Shown piece by piece: positions 44,285-53,627 of a stretch of 56,247 bases of DNA. The notes beneath the pieces were generated by a model. That model saw only the letters and a program-made list of their open reading frames with translations, ran no database searches and was not told the origin of the DNA. How positions within the stretch are numbered: position 1 is the stretch's first letter; each line of letters opens with the position of its first letter. Location of the stretch: positions 1 through 56,247 of the IMG/VR virus record IMGVR_UViG_3300049427_000022. One strand, 5' to 3'. Both the position numbers and the translations under genes were made by a program. This stretch comes from a virus. Taxonomy: Duplodnaviria > Caudoviricetes.

Positions 44285-45127
44285 TTACGCTTGTGCTTTT
44301 TCGTCTTCGGCTACGGTTACGTCGGAAGCTTCGAATTCAGTAGCCGAAGGGTCGATACCGTAATCTGCTGGGTTAAACAAGCCCAGGCAAGTAAAATCAA
44401 TACCTAACCAGGAAGTTTTGTCTTTCGAACGTTCGGCGGTCGTAAAGCGCGTTACTACATGCTTCGCGCTACTGTTCGCTGGTACACCGATAGACTTAAA
44501 TTTGCCGTCAAAGATCGACATACCATACTGGCCCCAGCCGAACGTATCGCCAGGCGCAAAATTCATAAGATAAATTTTAGGGCTATCTTCGGGATTCAAG
44601 AATTTAACAGGAACGATATACGCTAGGTATCTCAGCTGTAAGTCACTTTGCTCATAACGATCAAGTACCGAAGGGTCTGTCTGTGCTGTAGTTGCCAGCC
44701 AGTTATCAAGCGTAGCGCGGGCTGTTGCTTCCGCTTTCGCTACCATGCGCTTCCCAATTTGTACTTTCGTTAAACCAACAGATTCTTCTGGCAACAATTC
44801 TTCTTTCGCAGGCAGGGATACGATAAGCTGACCTTCTTCGGCTGTTTCTTCGCCGCCCCACAGTACCCAACGCGTTTCACCTTGAGCTACTACGACGTCT
44901 AGAGTTTCGCCATAGCTTACGGTATCGTCGCGGGATTCTACGAAGTTTCCTTTTTTGTTGATTTTCAAGTATTGGCCCATGCGTACATAGTCGAAGTCCA
45001 GCCCTTCATTGACTTCCAGGAAGGCCGACTGCTTCGCCTGGATTACTTCCGCGATATAGTTAGCCCCTACATTTGCCAGCGCTAGCGCGCCCTTTTGTTG
45101 TACTGCTGGTACGTTTGATGTAGTCAT
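44285..45127 (-). CDS. Putative single-stranded DNA-binding protein
   Basis: Position in replication module; acidic C-terminus. Confidence 0.5.
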   Translation of the reverse strand: MTTSNVPAVQQKGALALANVGANYIAEVIQAKQSAFLEVNEGLDFDYVRMGQYLKINKKGNFVESRDDTVSYGETLDVVVAQGETRWVLWGGEETAEEGQLIVSLPAKEELLPEESVGLTKVQIGKRMVAKAEATARATLDNWLATTAQTDPSVLDRYEQSDLQLRYLAYIVPVKFLNPEDSPKIYLMNFAPGDTFGWGQYGMSIFDGKFKSIGVPANSSAKHVVTRFTTAERSKDKTSWLGIDFTCLGLFNPADYGIDPSATEFEASDVTVAEDEKAQA

Positions 45128-45181
45128 TGTGTAATTCCTCTTTTCGATTAGTTTTTATGGTTAGGCTTTTCGCCGAATACC

Positions 45182-45199
45182 TGTTATTTATAGATAACA
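45182..45199. promoter_or_regulatory. Repressor-operator-like palindrome
   Basis: TGTTATTTATAGATAACA. Confidence 0.72.
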
Positions 45200-45240
45200 C
45201 TAGGAGCAAAAAAATTTCCCTGTCTAAGGTGTTTCAAAAC

Positions 45241-45585
45241 TCATTTACGGCGCTGCTCCCTTGCTTCCTGGCGTTTCTGCTGCCGATTCTTCGGGGGCGA
45301 ATACAAGGGTGGCCGTGGAGCCTGCTGTGGCGTTTCTGCTTTTTCCTGGTCTAGTTGTCCGGCTTCGGCTACTAGGGCCGCTTCCTGGGCCTGCTGCGCT
45401 GCCTGGCGCTGCTGTTCGATAACTTCTTCGGTAAGCGGCTGCGCTCCCTTCGGTTTGTCATACCCTACTTGTGCGCCTGTCGGTTGCCCCATTTCGTTCA
45501 TGTGTACAGCCAGCCATACGCGGCGGGTAAATAAAAGCTTAATGGTCTTAAAGAACGGGACTTTCTGCGGGTAAAAATTAACCAT
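45241..45585 (-). CDS. Hypothetical protein
   Basis: AGGAGG RBS. Confidence 0.65.
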   Translation of the reverse strand: MVNFYPQKVPFFKTIKLLFTRRVWLAVHMNEMGQPTGAQVGYDKPKGAQPLTEEVIEQQRQAAQQAQEAALVAEAGQLDQEKAETPQQAPRPPLYSPPKNRQQKRQEAREQRRK

Positions 45586-45609
45586 TTGGATAATACCTCC
45601 TAAAGTTTT

Positions 45610-47325
45610 TTATAGGGGAAGATCGAAGCCCGGCATATTTAGTAGGAAGTCCTTAACGTTGTCCTTCTTTGTCCGGGGCTTCTTCGCCAAGCTGATACCT
45701 AGGCGGGTATAAACCTTTCGCCTGCTCAAATATTGGTCGTAGAATGTTCCGTCGCTGCCGTCTACGTAGTCGTACCAGGTCGCCTGCTTGTCCGGGTTAT
45801 TTGGGTCGGGACGCATTATGCGACCTATTGCCTGCTCAATTCCCGAACCGTTAGCAGCGTTTCTACCGTCGCCTCGCTGCGGGGTTGCTAGGTGTCCGTC
45901 GTAAAGATTCGGAATGTCCAGCCCTTCCTTTACCAGCTGGGACGTAGCGAAAAGTATATCCAGCTGCTTACCTTTCGCGGTTTCCATAATGGCCTTACGC
46001 TGCGTCGGCGTTACTTGCCAGGCTGCGAATTCAGCTTCGGTGTACTGTACTTCTTGGCGTTCCCATCGTTTAAGGCGTTCGTTACGCCTAGCGCCTGGGT
46101 CAGTCTTCTTACATTTACGCCAGGTTAACTTCGTAAGCCCGCCATGAACGACGGCCATACGTGGTACGACGCCTAGCCTAGACCGGGCGAATGTTTCTAC
46201 TAGGTCGCGCAGCTGGAATAAATAGCGTACGCTATCGGCCAGTACAATTACGGCCCCGCCTTTAGGGCTTACCTTAAAGCAGCTTTCCAGCACGTTTTCG
46301 GCTACCAGCTTCGAGCGCTTCGGGTCTTCGGTAAGTTCCTTTAGAAGCGCCCCATAGTCCAGGTCTTCGCCGCCAGCGTCTACGCTGTTTTCGACGAATG
46401 CGCCCGCGCTGTCGTCTACTTCCAGCGGCCCAGCGAATCCTTTTTCCCTGCCGTATTCGGTGTAAACGAATTTCACTTCGGGAAGAATTAGGGCGCCAGC
46501 TTCGTACATACCGTCGCGCTTTACTGCGTAAGCCGTCGGCCCCAGCCCGGCGTACATAAAGCTTTCCAAGCCGTCTTTACGCTGTGGTGTCGCAGTAAGG
46601 CCCAGTAGGTACTTCGCTGGGAATTTCGCCGCGACGTCTATAAATTGCTGCGCCGGGAAGTGGTGCGCTTCGTCTACGACTACTACGCCTACCATGTTCG
46701 CCAGGGTCGCTACCAGCGTAGGATTCGCCCCTAGGGTCTGTACCGTAGCTACAAAAAGCTTACCGCTGCCCCAGGTTACTTTCCCTTCGCCGATTATCCC
46801 GACTTCGCCCACGCCGCCCAGGAAGGCCTTCGCGGCTTTCGCGCTTTGGTCTAATAAGTCCAGCGTATGGGTTAGCCATAAGGTCGGCTGGCCCCATGCC
46901 TGTATGATTCGAAAGCCCATTAACGTCTTTCCGCTTCCTGCTGGGCTTTCAAGTAGCCCGCCTTCTTGCTTTAGTACTGCGTCTACGGCTGGCTGCTGAT
47001 AGTCCCGCAGTTCGTGGCCTATCCATTGGCCGAAGTCTACGCTGGTGGGTTCGTTAAAATTGTACTTAATGACTTCTGCCGGGTTTAATCCCTGCTGTTT
47101 CAGCAGATCGCGTAAAGCCCTTTCGAAGCCCCTGGGTAGTACCAGGTCGCCCATATCCCATAAGAAAACTTCAAGCTTTTGCTGTACGCCCCAGGTCGGT
47201 TTCCCTATCCGCTTCATTTTCACGTAAGCAGGGTTCGGTACTGTTAGTGCCTGGGTAATGGCCGACCGTAAGGGGATGCTTGCCCCGCGAAGGCGTATAT
47301 TATTGCTTATAGTGATTTGCAGCAC
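45610..47325 (-). CDS. Superfamily 2 DEAH helicase
   Basis: LRDYQ, PAGSGKT, DEAHH, TATP, EGLDIP, QAIGRIMR. Confidence 0.93.
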   Translation of the reverse strand: MLQITISNNIRLRGASIPLRSAITQALTVPNPAYVKMKRIGKPTWGVQQKLEVFLWDMGDLVLPRGFERALRDLLKQQGLNPAEVIKYNFNEPTSVDFGQWIGHELRDYQQPAVDAVLKQEGGLLESPAGSGKTLMGFRIIQAWGQPTLWLTHTLDLLDQSAKAAKAFLGGVGEVGIIGEGKVTWGSGKLFVATVQTLGANPTLVATLANMVGVVVVDEAHHFPAQQFIDVAAKFPAKYLLGLTATPQRKDGLESFMYAGLGPTAYAVKRDGMYEAGALILPEVKFVYTEYGREKGFAGPLEVDDSAGAFVENSVDAGGEDLDYGALLKELTEDPKRSKLVAENVLESCFKVSPKGGAVIVLADSVRYLFQLRDLVETFARSRLGVVPRMAVVHGGLTKLTWRKCKKTDPGARRNERLKRWERQEVQYTEAEFAAWQVTPTQRKAIMETAKGKQLDILFATSQLVKEGLDIPNLYDGHLATPQRGDGRNAANGSGIEQAIGRIMRPDPNNPDKQATWYDYVDGSDGTFYDQYLSRRKVYTRLGISLAKKPRTKKDNVKDFLLNMPGFDLPL

Positions 47326-47813
47326 GTTACCAGCCCTTTCAAGTCGTAAGAATTATCTGCCGCTATCCTGGGAAGGTTCGCGCTGGGTATTGCTCCCTGC
47401 GTTAATTCTTCCAGGGTAACGTATTGGCGTTCCTTGCTTTGCATGTACTGTATAGCCCTGGCTAAGCGGAAGGCGTAAGCTTCGTCTATCCCTTTTGCTT
47501 GGTTATTGAAGCTTATGAATACCAGGCCGTAATTACGGGCCAGGCAGCGGTCGAAAAGCAGCAGCCCTTTTACCTGGTCGGGACGAAGGAAACTTAATTC
47601 GAAGCGGTCGCTTTCCGTCCGTTTTAGTTCGGCCAGTATGTTTACGTCTTCCAGCAGTACGATTTCGTCGGCTGGGCGGGTTCCCCCGCCGCCGTCTTTG
47701 ATTCTCATACGCCAGCAGTTCGGGATATGTGCCCAGCTGCTTCTTATTTCAGACTGGAAGTCTTCGCCCCGCTGCTGCCGTTCCCGCTGTAAGTCGCGCT
47801 GGTTCGCGTTCAT
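47307..47813 (-). CDS. RecU-like Holliday junction resolvase (PD-D/ExK)
   Basis: RGEDF, PAD, ELKRT, PDQ. Confidence 0.75.
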   Translation of the reverse strand: MNANQRDLQRERQQRGEDFQSEIRSSWAHIPNCWRMRIKDGGGGTRPADEIVLLEDVNILAELKRTESDRFELSFLRPDQVKGLLLFDRCLARNYGLVFISFNNQAKGIDEAYAFRLARAIQYMQSKERQYVTLEELTQGAIPSANLPRIAADNSYDLKGLVTCCKSL

Positions 47814-48034
47814 TAGTGCCCCCTAGCTGGGGTATAAAGCGGGGCCACATTTCCGTATTTTGTCGTAGTAATCGTTACCTTGACGTTACCGTTCTTCTGC
47901 GCCCATACGCTTACAATGCTTGATACTTTGCGTGTTTCCCCTTCGGCGTTTACAATTTCCTGCCCGCGTTTCACGATTTCCCCCGGCTTTAATGTAATCG
48001 TACCCTGGGGCGCTTTGCGGCAATTATTTTTCAT
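47813..48034 (-). CDS. Hypothetical protein
   Basis: Operon coupling. Confidence 0.6.
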   Translation of the reverse strand: MKNNCRKAPQGTITLKPGEIVKRGQEIVNAEGETRKVSSIVSVWAQKNGNVKVTITTTKYGNVAPLYTPARGH

Positions 48035-48609
48035 TGGTTCCCAGCCAGGTATTGAAGCAGGCGGGCCTGTACAAAGGCCTTACTGCGTACCGAATCGGAA
48101 GCCTGTACGGCTTTGTCCCAGCCGTCGCGGGCAATCGAAGCGGTAACTTCCAGGGCGGCCAGTTCGCCTTCGACTTCTGCCAGGCGCTTACGGCTTTCGC
48201 TGCTTACCGTCCTGCGGAAAGCGTCGCGGGCCATATCATTTGAAAAGGGATACGTAACGCCGTTCCATTCGACGCTTTTACCATCGGCTTTAAGGCCGTT
48301 CATAATAGCGTCTGATTCTTCCAATTTAATTTGGTTCTCTAGCTTCCAGCGTTCTTTAAGCAGATCGGCCTTATTGCCGTAAGCAGCTTCGCGCTGGTCG
48401 CCTTTGTTTAGAATGTCGTCTACGCTTGCGTCTAGTTGGGTTACGGTATCGGCTAGGATTTGCGCCCCAATTACGCGGAAATGTTCAGCCGGGATACTGC
48501 GGGAAGCTGGCCCCAGTAATGCCGCTACCGTGTCGCGTACTTCTTCTTTACCGTAGGCCAGTACCAGGTCTGCCGTTACTGCGCCAATTTCTTTTAATTT
48601 ATCTACCAT
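48031..48609 (-). CDS. Hypothetical coiled-coil protein
   Basis: RBS GGGAG; operon. Confidence 0.65.
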   Translation of the reverse strand: MVDKLKEIGAVTADLVLAYGKEEVRDTVAALLGPASRSIPAEHFRVIGAQILADTVTQLDASVDDILNKGDQREAAYGNKADLLKERWKLENQIKLEESDAIMNGLKADGKSVEWNGVTYPFSNDMARDAFRRTVSSESRKRLAEVEGELAALEVTASIARDGWDKAVQASDSVRSKAFVQARLLQYLAGNQ

Positions 48610-48850
48610 TTCGTTTATCTCCCTTCGATTGTAAAGAAGTCTTTACTACAAACATTTCGCCGCCTGTCGGGTGTCCGTTTTCGTCTACGGCCCAGGTTCG
48701 CATAATTACGTAACTGCCGCAGGCGGTGCAAATGGTCTTACATGTGCAGTCGTCCAGCCAAGCGAAGCTTAATTCGGTAAGTTCGGGCGTCATAGGTTCC
48801 GAGTGGCCGCAATGGCCGCAGCCTACCATTTCCTGCTGCTGCTCTGTCAT
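48599..48850 (-). CDS. Zn-ribbon protein
   Basis: CGHC...CTAC. Confidence 0.6.
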   Translation of the reverse strand: MTEQQQEMVGCGHCGHSEPMTPELTELSFAWLDDCTCKTICTACGSYVIMRTWAVDENGHPTGGEMFVVKTSLQSKGDKRNGR

Positions 48851-49110
48851 TCAGTAGCAGCCAATAGTACTAATAAGGTCAATTCGGTTAATTCCTTTAC
48901 TACAGGCTCGATATGCACCACATGACTTTCGCGCTGGTGCTTTTTCTCGTCCCAGTACATAAGGTGCAGCTGTAAAGGGTCGGCGCTGGTGATAATGGCG
49001 TTATATTCACGAAGCTTATAGCCGCTTCTTTCTTTGATTACTACCCGAACGGCTACGCCTGGATTAAAAACATTCATATCAAAAGTGGGTTTATTGACTA
49101 CGCCTTTCAT
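48847..49110 (-). CDS. Hypothetical protein
   Basis: GGAGG RBS. Confidence 0.6.
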   Translation of the reverse strand: MKGVVNKPTFDMNVFNPGVAVRVVIKERSGYKLREYNAIITSADPLQLHLMYWDEKKHQRESHVVHIEPVVKELTELTLLVLLAATE

Positions 49111-49114
49111 GGGC

Positions 49115-50110
49115 TTACCTCCCTTCGGCCATGCGGGCCGCTTCGATTTTTTCCAAGGCCAACCGCACGACTTCCGGGGCTAGCCCTTCCTTTTCAGCTA
49201 CTGCTTCGATAATTTGGTTAATGTCCAGGCGCACCTTTTCGCCGCTGGCGGTTTGAATTAGCGCCGCGAAGTTTTCCATAGCGTACTGGCGCTGCTGGTC
49301 TTTCTCGATACGGCTACGGTCTAGGACGTCTTCGCCGGGCTTCGCGCTTTGAAGCGGTAGCAGTTCAATATGTCCCTGACTGCCTTCAATAGTAATTAGT
49401 GCGGCCTGTATCGTACGGCTTATTTCGCCCTGACTTGCAGACAATCGAGTAAGACTTCCAGGGTTACAGAAAATAACGCCGTCTCCCCTTCGGTAAATCC
49501 CATACCCTGTATGGTCATGCCCAGTAAACACCATATTCGCGGTAGTCTTTACTTCTTGTATCAGGGTAAAGCGGTCAAAAGGTGGCGTGTGGTCTAATAA
49601 CATGCCATGCGCGACATGAAGCTTATAAGTCTTCCCATTCGGGTACGAAGCCAGGTCTACTTCGGGGCTATACCCGTATCCGTCGCGGTCGATATTACCG
49701 CTGTAAGGCGTAAAGGTTACAGATACTTCATCATGATTCCCGAATATTACAGGCTTTGCCGGGTCATTGATTACGCGCAGCTGTGGTACGAGTCTTTCCA
49801 GCAGTCGTAAGCTGGTATTTCCATAAGCTGCGACGTTGTAACCGGGTATATCGTGATTTCCCGCCGTCGTATAGATAGGGGCCGGGGCTTCGATAAAGAC
49901 GTCGGCGGCGTCGTTTAGAACACTATTTGCGACGTCAGGAAGGTCGAAGGTATCCCCCGGCTGTAAAAAGGCGTCTACCTGGTGCAGCTTCCCCAGTGCC
50001 CATATTTCCCGCAGCTTCGCCTTCCAGGCTTCCGGGTAACTATCGGTACGGTTCCTGGGATTCGTGCCGCGTATATGCGGGTCACCGAAGTATAGGAATT
50101 TAATGGACAT
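49115..50110 (-). CDS. sbcD: SbcD/Mre11-like metallophosphoesterase nuclease
   Basis: GDPH, GDTFD, GNHD, GHDH, NPGSL; start refined to MSIKF. Confidence 0.9.
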   Translation of the reverse strand: MSIKFLYFGDPHIRGTNPRNRTDSYPEAWKAKLREIWALGKLHQVDAFLQPGDTFDLPDVANSVLNDAADVFIEAPAPIYTTAGNHDIPGYNVAAYGNTSLRLLERLVPQLRVINDPAKPVIFGNHDEVSVTFTPYSGNIDRDGYGYSPEVDLASYPNGKTYKLHVAHGMLLDHTPPFDRFTLIQEVKTTANMVFTGHDHTGYGIYRRGDGVIFCNPGSLTRLSASQGEISRTIQAALITIEGSQGHIELLPLQSAKPGEDVLDRSRIEKDQQRQYAMENFAALIQTASGEKVRLDINQIIEAVAEKEGLAPEVVRLALEKIEAARMAEGR

Positions 50111-50507
50111 TCGGGGTTTCCCCTTCGTCGCCCCGACGTCTGCGGGTAGTAACTTCCCCGGTTTCAGTATTGATAGAGTAGGCGCGGTCATGGTTCGTTA
50201 TAGCCAGTTCAGCGTATACGCGCAGCCATAAGCCTTTTTCTATCGCGTCGTACTTCTCATAATCCGCTGCTTGCTGTTCGTTAATTGGTTTTTGAAGTTC
50301 GGCTACCGCTTCTTCGCTAAGATCGTTTTCTAGCATAGCCCGACGTCCATTAAGAACCAGCTGGTCTACTTCGATTTCGGCCAGTGCTACGGCTTTCGTG
50401 TTAGCGTTAAAGGCGGCCAGCAGCTGCGGGCTTACAACCCCTATTAGAATTTCGTTAGGGTCTTTTATGTCCCCAAAAATTTTACGTAGCTCACATTTAA
50501 TACACAT
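50100..50507 (-). CDS. Hypothetical protein
   Basis: MCIKC start; GGAG RBS. Confidence 0.65.
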   Translation of the reverse strand: MCIKCELRKIFGDIKDPNEILIGVVSPQLLAAFNANTKAVALAEIEVDQLVLNGRRAMLENDLSEEAVAELQKPINEQQAADYEKYDAIEKGLWLRVYAELAITNHDRAYSINTETGEVTTRRRRGDEGETPNVH

Positions 50508-50534
50508 TGTTTATCTACTCCCTTATTGGTTGAT

Positions 50535-51176
50535 TTAGATTGCTTTTACTTCCGACTCTTCGCGGCTGTTCAGTGTTACCCGCAGGCCCTTATCGGCTAC
50601 GGCTGCCAGTGCTTCATTATGTGTGATAAGCAGGATTTGACGGCCCAGCTGTTCGCTGTACTGCTTTAGGAAGTAGGCGACGTTCTGCGAATATTCGGCG
50701 CTTACGTGTTTTCCTACTTCATCCATTAATAGCGGCCCCTGTATTTCTTCCAGTTCAGCTATCCCTAGGCGAAGGCCTAGGGTAATTACGTCTACATAAC
50801 CGCCGCCGTTGTCATAGTCGGGCGGCTTTAACTGGGTTTTTACGCCGTTCCGGGTTAGCCAGTATTCGGCAACTGGCTGCGCCCCCTTGACGTCCAGCAC
50901 GATTTCGAACGCGAATTCGTTACCTGGGAATACTACCAACAGCAGCTGGGTTACAATGTCTTCTATGCGCCCCTTCGCTTGCTGCCTGGCGTAGTCGCTT
51001 GTCTTCTGCAAAAGGATTTGTACCAGGTCGTACTGGCCCAGCTTATTTACAGCTTCCAGGCTTCGCAGCTGTGCCTGGTCGCGGTCTACTGTAATAAGGT
51101 CACGCTGGCCGATTTTCGCGGACAGGCGTTCGCGCTGGGTTTTAATGCTGGTCTTTGCAGCTTGCAGCCTATACAT
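50535..51176 (-). CDS. sbcC: SbcC/Rad50-like ATPase, C-terminal half
   Basis: NGGG signature, LLMDE Walker B, ITHN H-loop. Confidence 0.85.
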   Translation of the reverse strand: MYRLQAAKTSIKTQRERLSAKIGQRDLITVDRDQAQLRSLEAVNKLGQYDLVQILLQKTSDYARQQAKGRIEDIVTQLLLVVFPGNEFAFEIVLDVKGAQPVAEYWLTRNGVKTQLKPPDYDNGGGYVDVITLGLRLGIAELEEIQGPLLMDEVGKHVSAEYSQNVAYFLKQYSEQLGRQILLITHNEALAAVADKGLRVTLNSREESEVKAI

Positions 51177-51402
51177 TCGGTATTAGGCCTTCGACTTTCG
51201 TTAATTCTGCTTCGATTTGGCTTTCCAGGGCTGCGATTTCGGCCTGGGCCGTTTCAGGGGTTACATTCAGTTCTGCCATTTTTGCAGTTACTTCGCCCTG
51301 CTGGCGTTCTGCTGCTGCCTTCTCGGTTTTTGCGATTGTTTCGGCTGTTTTAGCCTTTTGAATTCTCACTTTTGCCAGTTCAATACGTTGTTTAGCGTCC
51401 AT
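51169..51402 (-). CDS. Small coiled-coil protein between the SbcC halves
   Basis: Heptad-rich, 77 aa. Confidence 0.7.
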   Translation of the reverse strand: MDAKQRIELAKVRIQKAKTAETIAKTEKAAAERQQGEVTAKMAELNVTPETAQAEIAALESQIEAELTKVEGLIPNV

Positions 51403-51428
51403 TTATATACGTCCCTTCGATTCAGTTA

Positions 51429-52868
51429 TTAGTGGGTATGGGCTACGGCCTGTTCGCATAGTGGGCAAGTGCCCCCGGTTGCTTCCCAAGCTTCGGCCAG
51501 TTCTTTATCAGCTGCCGCCAGTTCATTCGCTGCGCGCGTTACTGCTGCCGCTGCGCTGTCTAGCGTCTGCGTTTTTATTTTATAAAGGTTATAAAGTTCA
51601 CGAAGCTTCGTCAGGCGTACCAGGTTCCCTTCTGTGCTACTTACCAGGTTTTCGGCTTCCGTTATCCCTAGAAGGCTGTCCATTAGGCCCTGGTAGCGGC
51701 TTACGCTTGCTGTCGCGGTATCGTAAACGCCTAGCAGCTGCCGCATATCGGTAATCCTGCCGAAGCTAAGTCTCACGCCTTCCAGCGCGCTTTCAGCTAC
51801 GTCCAGGTCTTTAGTGCTGGTAATGACTTCCGTCGCCCTCTTTACATCGGCTTCGTATTTGTTATACTGTTCCGTAAGATAACTAAGGCTGGCCCGGCGA
51901 TTTTCTGCGGTTTCTGCTTCTGATAGCAGCCATTCGCAGGCGTCAAGTCCTGCCAAGTCTCTAAGGCGCTGGGTTAGGTTCTCTACTGTGGCGGTAGTCC
52001 TTCCCCATTGTCCGTATAAGTCCAGTAAGCGGTCGTACCGTTGCTGGGCTTTTTCTATTTCTACCAGGTCTTCTTCCAGCGCTGGGATATTCGCCAGCTT
52101 GTCCAGCGTAGCAGCAGCTTCGTTTATGTCCTGGTTAATACCATTAAGCAATTGCAGTAAACCTTCGATGTTCGTTTTTTTCCCCAGCGCTGCGTCTATC
52201 TCTTGAAGTATCCAGTCGCAAGCGTCCAGCTGGCGGGCAATGTCTTCCAGCCCTTCGAACGCTTTTAGCTGTTCGACTTTTCTTTCGTACTCTTTATCGG
52301 CGGTCTGCTTTTCGTTCCTGGCTGCATATGTATCCTTCGCCGTCGATTTTATAGCGCCGTCTACTGCTTCCGTCCCGGCCAGCTTACCCAGCACCTTCGC
52401 CCCTGCGCTTCCTGGTTCGCTTATTAAGAAAGGCGCGGCCAGTTGAAAAGCGAAGTGTAAGTCTACTTCGTAGTCGCCGAAGATGCTTGTTTTGATTCCC
52501 AGGGCTTCCTTTACCGCTTCGGGTACTTCGGCCTTTTCGAAAGGTTCGTCGTACAGCGGCTTTACCCAGTATTTCGTCTTGCCCTTCCTGCGGGTCTTCG
52601 TGATCGTTACCCCGGTATCCAGTTCGACTTCTACCCCAGCTTCTTCGGCCTGGCGCTTAATGGTTACGCCGTCGGCTTCGTAAACCGTATGCAGGAAGTC
52701 GTCGCCCGATGGTTCGCCTTTTGCCAGCCATCGAAGCGCCCGGATTGTCCCAGCTGTCTTCCCTGCCCCCGAAGGCCCTGTAAACACATTCAAGCCTTCT
52801 ACCAGGTCATACTCTGCGGCTACCCATGACTGGAAGCCCCATACCCTTACGCTTTTGATTTTTGCCAT
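51429..52868 (-). CDS. sbcC: SbcC/Rad50-like ATPase, N-terminal half ending at the Zn hook
   Basis: GFQS, GPSGAGKT, Q-loop, coiled coil, terminal CPLC. Confidence 0.88.
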   Translation of the reverse strand: MAKIKSVRVWGFQSWVAAEYDLVEGLNVFTGPSGAGKTAGTIRALRWLAKGEPSGDDFLHTVYEADGVTIKRQAEEAGVEVELDTGVTITKTRRKGKTKYWVKPLYDEPFEKAEVPEAVKEALGIKTSIFGDYEVDLHFAFQLAAPFLISEPGSAGAKVLGKLAGTEAVDGAIKSTAKDTYAARNEKQTADKEYERKVEQLKAFEGLEDIARQLDACDWILQEIDAALGKKTNIEGLLQLLNGINQDINEAAATLDKLANIPALEEDLVEIEKAQQRYDRLLDLYGQWGRTTATVENLTQRLRDLAGLDACEWLLSEAETAENRRASLSYLTEQYNKYEADVKRATEVITSTKDLDVAESALEGVRLSFGRITDMRQLLGVYDTATASVSRYQGLMDSLLGITEAENLVSSTEGNLVRLTKLRELYNLYKIKTQTLDSAAAAVTRAANELAAADKELAEAWEATGGTCPLCEQAVAHTH

Positions 52869-52963
52869 TAGCTGCTAGCCCCCTGTACCAGCAGCTGCGC
52901 TAGGTAAGCCCTAACTGCTGCCCGGCCCCTAAGTAGTGGGCTTCGTACTAATCTTACGTGCAT
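52868..52963 (-). CDS. 31-aa ORF
   Basis: Hand translation MHVRLVRSPLLRGRAAVRAYLAQLLVQGASS*; G-run RBS; stop overlaps sbcC start. Confidence 0.45.
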   Translation of the reverse strand: MHVRLVRSPLLRGRAAVRAYLAQLLVQGASS

Positions 52964-53151
52964 ACTGCTTCCCCCCTTTCGATTCCCGCAGCCACTTCGC
53001 CGCTTAACATGAAGCTGTTACCTAGTACCGCTTCGCAAGCCCCCGCAGCGTCTTTATTTTTTGCTGCTTCATATATGGCCTGCATTTCTGCTACGTCCCG
53101 CAGCTGTGCCGCTTGTAGCCGTTTCATTCGGGCGTCCATTTTCGTTCTCAC
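52954..53151 (-). CDS. Hypothetical early protein
   Basis: ORF track; operon position. Confidence 0.55.
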   Translation of the reverse strand: MRTKMDARMKRLQAAQLRDVAEMQAIYEAAKNKDAAGACEAVLGNSFMLSGEVAAGIERGEAVCT

Positions 53152-53172
53152 CCCCTCTCATGCTTGCCGCTA

Positions 53173-53370
53173 CTAACTTGCTGCGGCTATCAATTGTAAA
53201 GCATCATTCCATAAGTGCGTTATTGGCTTCGTACCTTTTCCCCATGCTGTTAATAATTCAAGCGCCCCAGTCGGGTTCGTTTCTGCCAGTTCAGCTAACT
53301 TAACAGGTAAGTACGCCATTTTCTGCACTAATTCGACATTAATCGGGAAACCGTCGTTTACTTTGGACAT
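53173..53370 (-). CDS. Hypothetical early protein
   Basis: RBS; follows cro. Confidence 0.6.
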   Translation of the reverse strand: MSKVNDGFPINVELVQKMAYLPVKLAELAETNPTGALELLTAWGKGTKPITHLWNDALQLIAAAS

Positions 53371-53388
53371 TATTTATCGCGCCTTTCC

Positions 53389-53604
53389 TCATGCCTTTTT
53401 TACGATAAAGTCGTCGAACGGCAAGTTATTTGCTTCACAATAGGTATGAAGTTTGCCTAGCATTACCGGGCCAGCCTTGCTTTCAGTATTTAATACTTTA
53501 TGAAGGTGGGACGGCTGTACGCCTAGCATTCTAGCCAATAAGCGGAATTTTCCTTGTGCTGAATCCTCCATTAACTGCCAAAGCCTTTTCTTATTCAGTT
53601 CCAT
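53389..53604 (-). CDS. cro: Cro-like HTH regulator
   Basis: Start refined to MELNK after AGGAGG; LARMLGVQPSHLHKVL HTH; divergent from cI. Confidence 0.8.
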   Translation of the reverse strand: MELNKKRLWQLMEDSAQGKFRLLARMLGVQPSHLHKVLNTESKAGPVMLGKLHTYCEANNLPFDDFIVKKA

Positions 53605-53627
53605 TCCAGATAACACCTCCTGTTCAT

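Noticed and set aside
4368-53303. Numerous plus-strand ORFs in the ORF track
   Set aside because: Antisense shadows of well-supported minus-strand genes
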